A DNA stretch of 42,276 nucleotides, taken from NCBI GenBank assembly GCA_900088475.1, contig FLMG01004074.1, forward strand, positions 1-42,276, read 5' to 3'. The translations under genes were made by a program, and so were the position numbers. Shown one piece after another: positions 32,091 to 42,276 of the stretch. Source of the DNA: Hyphochytrium catenoides (Eukaryota > Protista > Hyphochytriomycota). The stretch's first letter is position 1; each line of letters begins with the position of its first letter. The notes beneath the pieces were generated by a model. It had not been told where the DNA came from and did not search any database. It was given only the letters and a program-made list of their open reading frames with translations.

Positions 32091-32360
32091 AGATGCGCGT
32101 GGCTGGGGCCGCTGCTTATAATAGAATGAGTGATTGTTCCATACGCAAGGCATGGGCCAACAACTGCTACTGAGAGAGCTACTCAGCTTGGAAACGCCTT
32201 GCTCAAGATATGTCCCTTCGCTTACCTCCCAACCCCAGAGCCTATAACCCGCTACTCTCAAAGTAATCACTCTCTCTCCGCCACACTAGATGAGACTGTT
32301 GATGGATCGGGTTCTGAAGAGACTATGTCACATCTTCGGCCCTATCTCTCTTGGGTTGAT

Positions 32361-33205
32361 CTACTGCTGCATCGCTGCTCTGACATCATCTGAGTTCTCC
32401 CGTTCACCTCGAAGGCGCTGATTAGACACGGCAATTCCGGTGAATAACCCACCAATGGCTGAGGACAGTCCGCAGAGCAGGGCAAAGGACACTCTGTGAT
32501 TCCTTCCGGCCTTCAGACCTGAAAGACGTAGGAAGCGGACAAACATACCGTCATGCGGGAGGAGATGAAAATGGGAGAAAGACAGTGCGACGAGGAGAAA
32601 ACATAGAAAAGAGAGCAAAAGAGAGAGAGATCGAAAGAGAAAAAGGAGCACAATTCCAGGAAAGGCAGAGGAAGATGTCTTAAGGTCGAGAAATGGCACT
32701 CAGCTATGGCGAAGACGACTGTGGGCAAGATGCAGGATTTAGTGAGCGTAAGCCAGAGCCTGATAGATAGACCAGTCTGCAGAGCGTTACTATTCAGGAG
32801 CGGCACATACCAGATATATATCCAAAGACTGTGCCGCCCGCAGTGAAGACGCCTGTTCTAGCAAAGTCGCGGCTGTTAAGGTTCGCAACTCCATCCGATA
32901 GGGTAGGATTGGGGTTGATCACAGGGTATCTAGGCAATGCAGTTCTGCATAAGGGGAAAGGAATGGGGATAAGTGAGAAGACGTAAAGAAAATTGGAGCA
33001 GGAGGGACCAAGGAGCGTGAAGTCAGCTATCAAGGAGCATTCTAGAGCGATGCTGTAGGGAGAAGAGAGACGCTAGAAAAGATTAAAGAAAAGGGAACGT
33101 AGCGGCCAATAGGGAGGAAACCGTTCCAGACAACGGTATAGGACAATGCGAAAGGCTAGTAAAAGGAAGAGACAAATAGAACGATTTGAAGCCAGATGCG
33201 CCCAT
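32361..33205 (-). CDS. Mitochondrial complex I accessory subunit, NUXM / 20.9-21 kDa type; 3 exons
   Basis: Exons 33205-33183 (weak donor GTTCTA, so exon 1 is tentative), 32944-32811 and 32518-32361 give MGASGFKSTALPRYPVINPNPTLSDGVANLNSRDFARTGVFTAGGTVFGYISGLKAG...GGLFTGIAVSNQRLRGERENSDDV. This matches the family pattern YPVIdxnP...vaNfxxxDy...GY.SG...GG...SxxRLxGxxEN. Confidence 0.8.
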
Positions 33206-34706
33206 TTCTGGGGTTATCTCTTCGCTTGAAATAATGGCAGAGGAGGCAATAGACCACAGGATAGCAGAGGCAACAACGGGCAGGAAGAGGGCTTCAAAGG
33301 CAAGTGGCGACAGAAATGAGCAGAGATTTGATAACATGAGTATCTACACATGAGAGAATATTGACAAGCAGGGGTAAGAACATGCCATAAATCAACGGCA
33401 AGCAATGCGGCAACCCAGCTCATCGTAACCTCTCTCTTCCTCGCCTTACCCTGACGACATGATGACCTGTCCAACTCGTAACTTTTCAGACACGTTGATG
33501 CTCTAGTGAAAAGAGATATCGTCTGCTGTCTAAGTCTAGGTAGAATGGACAGTTTGCTCAGCTACACCGCCTTAGCTCTCAGAAGCAAAGACCCGACGTC
33601 TGCAGATTCCTGGTGGAGCTTAATTGCAGCTTCAGAATGTCCGGAATCTCTGCTTTCAACAGTGGAAGTCAATGCTAGGCTCATATATCGTAAATATAGT
33701 ACATTAGGTCTTAGAATGACAATGATATGATTCCGAATGAGGATTGTTATTGTGTTATTGCCTTCCCCACACTTTTTGCCGTGCAAATCTTATGCTAGGA
33801 AATAACTAGGAAGGCTGGCTTTAGCGATGAGGAGGCTTTGGTTTCGATGCCAGAAGACAATCATCATCTGTGGCTGCTGATGTGAGGGCAGTCCAGCCAA
33901 GGACGCGTAGGTTGGCATACTTATTATTAAAGCGCGTGCTTTGTGTCTCGATACCTCTCTCGTCTGCTTTATGTCTCAATACCTCTCTAGAGAAGCGCTG
34001 AGGGAGGTACATCCGAGTTCAAAGCGTATGGAATGACGTGCACTGTGGAGACGATAATGCGCTCCTCAGGGCAGGTGATATAAGGGAGATAATCAGGAAA
34101 AGTTGAGCCTAACAGGAAGAAGTTTAGCTTATATTTTGTTGTTGGTGAGGAGCACGAGCCTTCTTTAGGACTTAGGTTGGTCTATCGCGGTTCGCTTGTG
34201 TGCAGGCAGGAGCTTTTTAGCTGGCGCATAATGGTAAGAGGGGTCCTTTTGTTTGTTACGAAGCAGCTCTGAGTGAGTGCTGCTGACCACTAAACTTCGA
34301 AGGCTGACCCTATCTTCGTTGGCAAGTCAGCAAAGGTGCTTGGAGCACGGAGCTTGGACGGCTGGGCATTGAGTATGTTTGGAAAATGCCTACAACTCCG
34401 CTTCAAGTGCAAACATAGATTTAGTTAGTGAGAGCTTTGCATCTCTGGCAGCACTGGTGGGTGATTGATTTGAGAGACTGTGTATCAGAGAGCTCCGGAC
34501 GAAGAGAAACTTCGCTTCGCTTGATGAACGCTAAGCCGCAGATGGGACCAAGCAAAAGGCCACTAAATGAGAAGAACGACATTTACCTTTTTCTGCTTCT
34601 CACCGCATGGCAACTAGCGCAACTCTCTATCTCCTTGATGTCGAGCTGTGACCAACACAAAGCTTATGGTCAACTCAACTCTTTCTGTTTGTTTGGGAAG
34701 GTGCTA

Positions 34707-34826
34707 ATCGACGCCACTACTCTGTTGGTGCACTTTAGTGATGCTAGGGCCACATGCTCCTCTTCTCGTCATTGAGCTCATCGACGCCACTACTCTGTTG
34801 TTGCACTTTAGTGATGCTAGGGCCAC
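34707..34826. repeat. 47-bp direct repeat x2 (period 73)
   Basis: ATCGACGCCACTACTCTGTTG(G/T)TGCACTTTAGTGATGCTAGGGCCAC at 34707-34753 and 34780-34826, one mismatch. Confidence 0.9.
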
Positions 34827-35822
34827 TGCCGCAAGAGGCATTCAGACGAGTTGCCCCTTATGCTCCTTCTCTTTAGACAGTGGCACTCACCTCTGTTGGG
34901 CCAAGACGTGGTTTAGGTGTGCATAAGAAAGGTTCATCCTCTCGGGCTTTGAGCTCTACTATCCTAAACATTAACTTCAAAGGCAATCGACTACGTAGTG
35001 TACGTGACGTGTCGACGCCATGAGCTACGCCATGTCGTGTGGCGTTAATCTTCACCTGAAGAAGGCACTGTACTCTAAAAAACAGGATGTTGACTGCCGC
35101 GTGAGGACCTGACAGCAAGAGTATCCTAGAGTGCTTGTCTCTGAGCTCTGCCAGCATAAGGGGCGTTCTCATTCTTTCTCTATGCTCAAGTCCAAATACA
35201 TGGATCCATGTACTATGGACCTTGAACAAGAAAGGGATGGAGCAGCAAGTAACTGATCCCTCTCCTCTCATTAAGTTGCCATATCCCGATCTCCTCTCTC
35301 TTCCTACCTTTTCGCTCTCCTGTTGAAGATAAACTCCATCATTCCAATCCCTGCCCCAACACAGCGGCCATTAGGAAGGATAACTTCGATGGGAGACGAC
35401 CAGATGTTGGCTGCCCACCTCTGCTAAGAAGTAGCACAGACTAAGCCACAAGGAGCTAAGAAAGAGAAACGACAGTGGCTGTTAACTATCTTCTCTTATA
35501 AGAACTATGTGTCGGACAAAGCCAAAGGCGATAAATGAAAAGGGCAAACGTAAGGGATGTATATTATAAGGGATAAACGCGAAGCAATAGTTAATAATAA
35601 TCTACAGATCGTCTGCAAAGCTTGACGTTTGCACGGAACCTTCTTCTAAAGTAGATAAGAGACGAGGGCGGACAAAACTGAGTCTCTGAGTAAAGAGGTA
35701 AATCATAAAAATAAATAAAGGTCACACATGGACGTTTTGAAAGTAAAATAAGGGCAGAGAAAGGAGGAAAAGACTGGAGAGAACGAGAAGGAGAAGACAG
35801 AGGAGAATGTTCAGTGTCTTCT

Positions 35823-36548
35823 TCACATGTAGACACGAGCATAAGGAGTCAATGGTTGACGAGACGTAGCCATATCATAGAACTGGTGGCAGTGTGCATC
35901 AGCTAGAAGAGAATAGAGCTCGTCTGCATCTTGAGGAGGGAGAGTGACCTCGTGGTTGCCGGTCTCGAAGCTCATCAGCATCTCATGGGAAGAGACAGCG
36001 TGGGCGGGAATGTAGCTTCTGCCGTCCATCTTCATATAGTTTACAGGTTCCATAAGGTCCAGTTGGTGGGATGCAAAGTAGCCAGGGGTAGGCAGGAAGG
36101 ACACTCCTCCTATTCTTGCCTTCTTTAGCACTGGTTCTCCAAGTCTATAGTCGCCAAAGGCGTATCCATAGGTCTCTGCATCCAGTTCTCTTTCGTCGTC
36201 ATCAGAAGCAACCGAGGCGATAGATAGCCGTTGCTGATACTCTTCTAGAGAGCCAAAGCTTGAGTCCGAAGGTAGATCAGAGCTAGCGAGAACGTTAAGG
36301 AAGGCAAGCTTGGTGTCGTTCAGTCTTGTGGGGCTTTCCTCGGGGTCAGAGGATGTCTCAGACGCAGCAGCAAGATCCTTGATTGATCTTCTCTTCAATA
36401 GAAGACGGCGCTGGTTGACAATCTGTCGTTGACGATGGAACTCACAGAGCGTGTGTGCCTTTCCATTGCTCTTCACTGCGCGCTCATTGGAGCACTTGCC
36501 AGACTTGTATTTGCAGCGACCGCGATGAGAAGGACCTTCAGCCGTCAT
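35823..36548 (-). CDS. Putative zinc-binding C-x6-C-x15-C-x2-H protein (oomycete-type CKYKxGKC domain), possible transcription factor
   Basis: 241-aa intronless ORF. RCKYKSGKCSNERAVKSNGKAHTLCEFHRQRQIVNQRR is followed by a basic helix and an acidic Ser/Asp-rich tail. Confidence 0.8.
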   Translation of the reverse strand: MTAEGPSHRGRCKYKSGKCSNERAVKSNGKAHTLCEFHRQRQIVNQRRLLLKRRSIKDLAAASETSSDPEESPTRLNDTKLAFLNVLASSDLPSDSSFGSLEEYQQRLSIASVASDDDERELDAETYGYAFGDYRLGEPVLKKARIGGVSFLPTPGYFASHQLDLMEPVNYMKMDGRSYIPAHAVSSHEMLMSFETGNHEVTLPPQDADELYSLLADAHCHQFYDMATSRQPLTPYARVYM

Positions 36549-37185
36549 CTTGTCTGATATATATGTGGGGAAGTGGGTATTGAGCTGTTTGTTTGTTCAC
36601 TTGGCCGCCGATGCCTCTTTGTAGATGTTAAGAGGGTATTTAGGAGCCAGGTTGCGATGAAGCAGAGGAGAGACGCAACGCCCGAACAGGAAGTTTGGAA
36701 GTGAGAAGATGATTGTATGGGAGATGTTGCGGTAGAGGGCAAGAGTTCAGGTCTAACTTTTGCCTCCTTCTTTCTCACTGTTGTTCGTTTCTCTCTTCCT
36801 TCTTCGACGTGGAAGATGTGATGCCTGCTAACTCTGCTTCCGGCTCCTCTGTTTGCGTCTAAAGGGGAGAGTGAAGAACGAGAAAGAGCGGGAAACAAAG
36901 GAAGAGTTGAGGTTCAGCCTTATAGCGACATAGAGGGGAACAGGAGGAGAGAAGTGTAGGTCCTGCTGAGGGTAGAGATTGAGAGAGGAAAGGAGGGAAC
37001 AAGAGAGAGACGTGCGGTGTATCCTTACTCGTCACTCAAAGTGATCGCACATTTCCCCCTCTCATGAAGGTGGTGACTGAGTGCGAGTAGGAGGAAAGGA
37101 GCGATGGACTGTACAGTAGTAATGGTCACAATGGGGGAGGAGCGTCAAGCACTTCCTCCAATCTTGAAGAGAGAGAGAGAGAGAT

Positions 37186-37205
37186 CTGGCACTTCCATGG
37201 GACAT

Positions 37206-37240
<35 letters not shown>

Positions 37241-37258
37241 GGCACTTCCATGGGACAT

Positions 37259-37289
<31 letters not shown>
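37186..37289. repeat. Compound tandem repeat: 24-bp unit + (GA)n, two copies
   Basis: CTGGCACTTCCATGGGACATCATC at 37186-37209 and 37239-37262, each followed by a (GA)n run. Confidence 0.9.
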
Positions 37290-37290
<1 letters not shown>

Positions 37291-37759
37291 CCCAGAGGCA
37301 GGATGGAAGGTAGTTTTTAAAGGTCTTGCCTTCACTCTCTCTCTCTCTCTCTCTTTGCCTACAAAGGGTGGGAGGACGCTCATCTTGATGGAGAACATCG
37401 CCAAATGAGTCCAAAAGTAATGGAAGATTACGAGACAGAGCCGTCCAGAGAGAAACTATGATTGCAGACAGAGTAAACGTAGAATAGTAGTGACATTACC
37501 TGACAAAGTAAGAGAGAGATCTAGCAACCACCCAAGTAGAGAGCTGAGAGAGATATGGAAAGCAAAGAGACAGAGTGGACTGGGTGGGACAGGTATGGGT
37601 GCCCTCAAGTCATTCTACTCCCTCATAAAGGCCAAAGAGTATCTTTCCGACCTATTCTCTCACCCACAGATTTGACTCCTACCTACGCTCCTCTAAAGAA
37701 ACTGTGAGAATCCACGTGTGACGCTGGTCAGTTGTGCATTTCTTCCTGATCAGAACCTC

Positions 37760-38277
37760 ATGAGGCTAAGAATTATTTAGGAGCAGTTCTAGATTAAGGT
37801 TAGGACTGCCACGACTTCAATGATCTGGGGATTACTTGCCAGGCTTCTCTTAGGCATTTTAGAACCTAAGACTAGGCAACCAATAAAGAAAAAGATCTAC
37901 AGAGCATCATGCAGTATCCTAAGAATTACAGACAGTCGACTAGTGCGTTCTTTTCCTTTTTAGACAGAAGAAAATCAACTTTCTATTTCCCAGGGACATC
38001 GGTCTAAAGTGGCCATAGTATAAAGCATAAGATGTTTCCCCTTGTTCTAAATGGATTTAGGTCGATCGATGCAGCCCACAGATTCTGTCGAAGTATTCGG
38101 TTCAGCCAAGGGTCTCTCCTTATTAGTGATACTGTATCCTTCTCCCCGTCTAAAACCCCAATAACAAATGTATGGGCTAGGCCCTGCAAACCTTTGGACT
38201 TGTGTCCGTTGTCTTGGGCACTATGCAACGCCTGGAATTTGTGGCTTACGATCATCCAGCAAGTCCAAAGGCTGTGA
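37760..38277 (+). mobile_element. Decayed 3' part of a non-LTR retrotransposon ORF2 (RT C-terminus, RTE/CR1-like)
   Basis: Ordered fragments: EAKNYLGAVLD* (37762, cf. KYLGxxLD), IKKKIYRASCSIL (37883, cf. TKLKIYRAxVxSxLLY), IGLKWP, RSIDAA..CRSIRF and RPCKP. Interrupted by stops and frameshifts. Confidence 0.45.
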
Positions 38278-38609
38278 GATAGGGGGAGGACGATGACATG
38301 CCGGCCTACCTGTCCGCCTTTATTTAGACAGAAGAGAGGTGACTAAAAACGAATTTATAGGTTCTGGCAATCTTTCGTCTTAGGGTTCAAGAATCTTTGG
38401 GTTTCTTTTTGATATCCAGGTTACCTCTATTTTGGGAGTTTTATTGTTATCTACGCGCTATTGGGTTACATGGGTCTTTTCTCTTTTGACCTAGGTTTCG
38501 GGTTTATTGAGGTGAGAGAAAGTTCTTCAGAAACATTGGGCTGCTCTCTCTTGTTTAGTACTTCTTTGTAAAGACAGAGCAAGGGAGAGCCAGAATGAAC
38601 GGAGGAAGA

Positions 38610-38652
38610 GACAAAAAAAGAGAGAGAAAGAGAAAACGAGAGAGAGAGAGAA

Positions 38653-38687
<35 letters not shown>

Positions 38688-39641
38688 AAAAGTAGCCAGG
38701 CAACAGGAGAGACAAACCTTGGGAAAGCTAACCAGGAGACGAGGTGCTAGTAGCCTCCAGAATGGGGGATAATTCCTATGTGTCCTGCAGAGAACAAAGC
38801 GAAGGAAAGAAAGAAGAGCTCTTGCTCCCTCTCTCTCTTAGGTCGTTAGCAGCCAAAGTTGAATTTGAGGGCGATCGGACTTGTTACCTGCTCTTTTCTC
38901 CCCCCAAAGGTCATGGTCCATAGACAGAGAGAGAAAGAAGGGAAGAGAGAGAGAGAGAGAGGTAGAGAAAGAGAGAGAGAGAGAAAGAGAGAGAGGATGA
39001 TGTACTATTAGCANNNNNNNNNNNNNNNNNNNNNNNNNNNNNNNNNNNNNNNNNNNNNNNNNNNNNNNNNNNNNNNNNNNNNNNNNNNNNNNNNNNNNNN
39101 NNNNNNNNNNNNNNNNNNNNNNNNNNNNNNNNNNNNNNNNNNNNNNNNNNNNNNNNNNNNNNNNNNNNNNNNNNNNNNNNNNNNNNNNNNNNNNNNNNNN
39201 NNNNNNNNNNNNNNNNNNNNNNNNNNNNNNNNNNNNNNNNNNNNNNNNNNNNNNNNNNNNNNNNNNNNNNNNNNNNNNNNNNNNNNNNGCGATCGGACGG
39301 ACTTGTTACCTGCTCTTTTCTCCCCCCAAAGGTCATGGTCCATAGACAGAGAGAGAAAGAAGGGAAGAGAGAGAGAGAAAGAGAGAGAGAGAGGTAGAGA
39401 AAGAGAGAGAGAGAGAAAGAGAGAGAGGATGATGTACTATTAGCACGCCTGCCCTGTCGCGAACTAGGTGTCAAGCCATCGTAGAGGGAGAGAGAGAGAG
39501 AGAGAGAAAGATATTGCGAGTTTCATCTTCCTCAAGTTTGCGTGACGCTTTTTGGATTTTTTTGTTTCTTGGTTTCCTGCTTCGGGTCTTGTTAGCAGGT
39601 GAAAGGTCCGACGTCATGGAGAAACTTCACCAGCTTGCTCT

Positions 39642-39678
<37 letters not shown>

Positions 39679-40702
39679 TTTTTTTTCTCTCCTTCCTTTT
39701 CTCTTTCTCTCTCTCTCTCTTTTCTCTTCCTACGAGTAATTATTTCCCGCTAGCAACCCGTAGCGGTGCCATCGTGAGCGCACCATCTTTGCCTTCTTTC
39801 TTCTTTCAGTTCTCTCTCTCTCTTTCTCGTTTCCCCTTCTCATGGCACACGGTCTACTCTCTCCGTCATTGAGCATAGAAGACGCTAATCACTAAGGCAA
39901 AGATGGATATCTCACTGAAGCCAAAGGTAGAGAGAGAGAGAGAGAAGAAGAGAGAGCATGTTACAGCTTAGCCATTAGCCTTCCTGTCACACGCATACTC
40001 TCTCTCCGTGTACTCGCATATAGAACTAAAGGTTTCGATCTGCCCCTCTCTTCCCCTCTTGTTGGTAGTATACTGGACGATCTTGGTAGGAATCTGGATG
40101 GGTCTCTCTCTCTCTCTCTCCTCTCTCTCCTCTCTCTCTCNNNNNNNNNNNNNNNNNNNNNGGCTGCGTACCAACTTCAAAGAGGCCCTGAGGCCCACAG
40201 ATCTTAGCTCAACTTTTGGTCATAATCCTTCTTAGCATTGGTTCTCTCAACGTCGTCATCTCTCTCTTCTTTTTCCTCGTTTCCTTGAAAGGAATGCCAT
40301 AGCGAAAGCAAAGAGAGAAAAGAAGAGAGAGAGCCATCGGAGGCACCGGCACGTTGGATCTCTATTGGCCACAAACTGTGGGCTTCCGTGAAGAAGCGTG
40401 GCTGCTGCCTGTGATGAAGAAGGAGAGCCCAATGGACACGCAGGGAACAGCCGAGAGAAGCAAGCAGTGTGAGGACAGAAAGCAGAAGAGAGAGAGAGAG
40501 CCTTGATCAGCTGGTCTTATTTGATCTGCCTCACTGATAGCCACAAACTGCAGTTGCAAATTCTCCGCCCCTTGTCCTTCCTCTCTCTTCATCTTCTACG
40601 CTTCACCTTTCTCTCTTTGGACGATCACCAGAGTGGCAGGAAGCCAGCCGGGTAGGAGAGAGTCCAAACGCAAAGGAAGGGAGCGCGAGAGAGAGAGAGA
40701 GC

Positions 40703-40734
<32 letters not shown>

Positions 40735-41368
40735 GGGAGAAGATTGTCCTGCTATTTGTTTGCGGGTTGTTCCAGCTGCTAATCCTGTCATATGTCTCGA
40801 CTCTAGAATGTGGCAAGCAGCACGCACTACCGTTTTGTTCGCCTTTGTGGTTGAACAGCTGGTTGAAGGAAGAGAGAGAAAGAAAAAAAGAAAACGCGAG
40901 CACATCTTTCTTTCTTTCTTCTTCTTCTCGCTGTGTGTCCCCTCATCTCTGTTCTCTCTCTCTAGTCATCTCACCTTTATTAACATGAGCTGGTCATGAA
41001 CTCTATCACCACTGCCTTGTTGTCCTTCCTCCTCAGCTTTCAAACTCTACGCTTCTTGATTTTAGTTTATCATCCGAAAGGNNNNNNNNNNNNNNNNNNN
41101 NNNNNNNNNNNNNNNNNNNNNNNNNNNNNAGAGAGAGAGAGAGAGAGAGAGAGGAAGTGCTTTCTTCTTTTACAGACTGAGAGAGTAGCGCATGCAGATG
41201 ATGAGAGGATCTGATGGGAAAATTTGCCGGTGAAAGGATGACGGTGCTAGGCTGGCAGGAAGGAAACAGCAGGAGAAAGACACACGTCAGCCCGACAATG
41301 GACACAGAGATTATCAGAAAGAGAGAAAGGAGGTGAGAGAAAGAGAGCGGCAGACGTCAGCCGTCAGG

Positions 41369-41399
<31 letters not shown>

Positions 41400-41400
41400 G
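38610..41400. repeat. (AG)n/(CT)n microsatellite-dense non-coding region with three N-gaps
   Basis: Many GA/TC runs; no credible ORF. Confidence 0.85.
38871..39444. other. ~145-bp near-identical duplication on both sides of a ~275-N gap (probable scaffolding artefact)
   Basis: 38871-39013 and 39289-39444 both read GCGATCGGAC...TTGTTACCTGCTCTTTTCTCCCCCCAAAGGTCATGGTCCATAGACAG(AG)n...GATGATGTACTATTAGCA, differing mainly in microsatellite length and one 4-bp insertion. Confidence 0.7.
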
Positions 41401-42276
41401 TCTGCCTCAAGTCCACCTTAGATCCTCACATCTTCGCAAGGTTTCCCTGCTGCTACTTTCCCAGAAAGACAATGTGGGTGACAATGTGATGAAGAGCAAA
41501 AAGTTCTATCGACTTCTCCTCTAGCCTAGTGGCCTCCTTTTATCTCGTCTTCTACATCATGTCTCTTCTCTTTCTTCCCTCTTCTTCTAGCCTCTCTTTC
41601 TCTGCCTCACTTCTATTCCTTTTCTTGCCTGCCACCCGCTCGCTGCGTCTCTCCTCTCTTCTTTTCTCTTACTCTCTTACCTCTCGAAGCCTAGCCCACC
41701 ATGCCCTAGAAAGATGAGGGGCCAGCACGCGTGTTTGCCATCACATTTCTAGGAATGTTTATTCTGTTGTCCCACTTCAACTCAAGGATCTCCTCTCCTC
41801 GTCAGCATTATGTCGCTTCTACAGAGCAGGAAAGTTCTCCTTGCTACTACCATCATTCCTTCTCAGCTCCATGTCTCCCTCGTTCTTCTCTCCCTCCACC
41901 CAGCATTCTTTTCAAAACCATCAGCCTGCTGATGTCTCTCTTTGCTCCTTGTGATGCCTCCTCCTCCTTCGTTCCCGTTCTCGGGATGGCTGCGGGGGCT
42001 GGCTGGTCAGCACCTCGTCGTCTTATCAGCGTGTAAGAGCGTGGTGAAGAATGGTGGCCTTCTCATTGTTGTCCTGTCTCCATTTCAGGCCAGTCCCTGG
42101 CACTTGTGGTCTCTCTTCTATCACATACTTGTACGACGACTCACACTCTTCTCTTCTCTCTCTTCTCTTCATCTGATGCTTCAAGAAGCAAAATGGATGA
42201 AGCCCTTATCGGATCTTCTGCTTGCAAGCGAGGCAGGGCAATAATCTCTGGTGGGGTTGGTCAATTGGAGAAGTTC

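Noticed and set aside
33480-35350. Short ORFs (e.g. 34873-35271 -, 34428-34775 +)
   Set aside because: No domain signatures or coherent exon chain.
38871-39444. LTR pair or biological direct repeat around the gap
   Set aside because: Both copies abut the N-gap and differ mainly in microsatellite length, as expected for unmerged contig ends or two haplotypes.

Overview
Eukaryotic (protist-like) genomic window with GT-AG introns, abundant (AG)n/(CT)n microsatellites and four N-gaps. Recognisable genes: an intronless, secreted, bacterial-type vanadium haloperoxidase/PAP2 enzyme (1010-2449 +); an 8-exon amidase-signature FAAH-like hydrolase (7532-11085 +); a 9-exon probable TFIIIC B-block-binding subunit (15309-21695 -); a 7-exon ankyrin-repeat protein (23101-29943 +); a 3-exon mitochondrial complex I NUXM/20.9-kDa-type subunit (32361-33205 -); a C-x6-C-x15-C-x2-H protein of a type I know mainly from oomycetes (35823-36548 -); and two hypothetical genes. 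Intergenic DNA holds heavily decayed retroelement relics (two LINE-like, one possibly Ty3/gypsy-like). The most unusual structure is at the left end: a DNA-transposon-like terminus (1-130), then a head-to-tail ~225-bp array whose minus-strand units have Helitron-like ends (5' TCTCTCTACCTACTAC ... GC hairpin + CTAG 3'), lying just upstream of, and possibly enclosing, the haloperoxidase gene. A second oddity is a perfect 19-bp inverted repeat that supplies the ATG of two divergent ORFs (12571-12677). All family calls are motif recognition by eye and all exon models are hand-spliced; no database searches were run.
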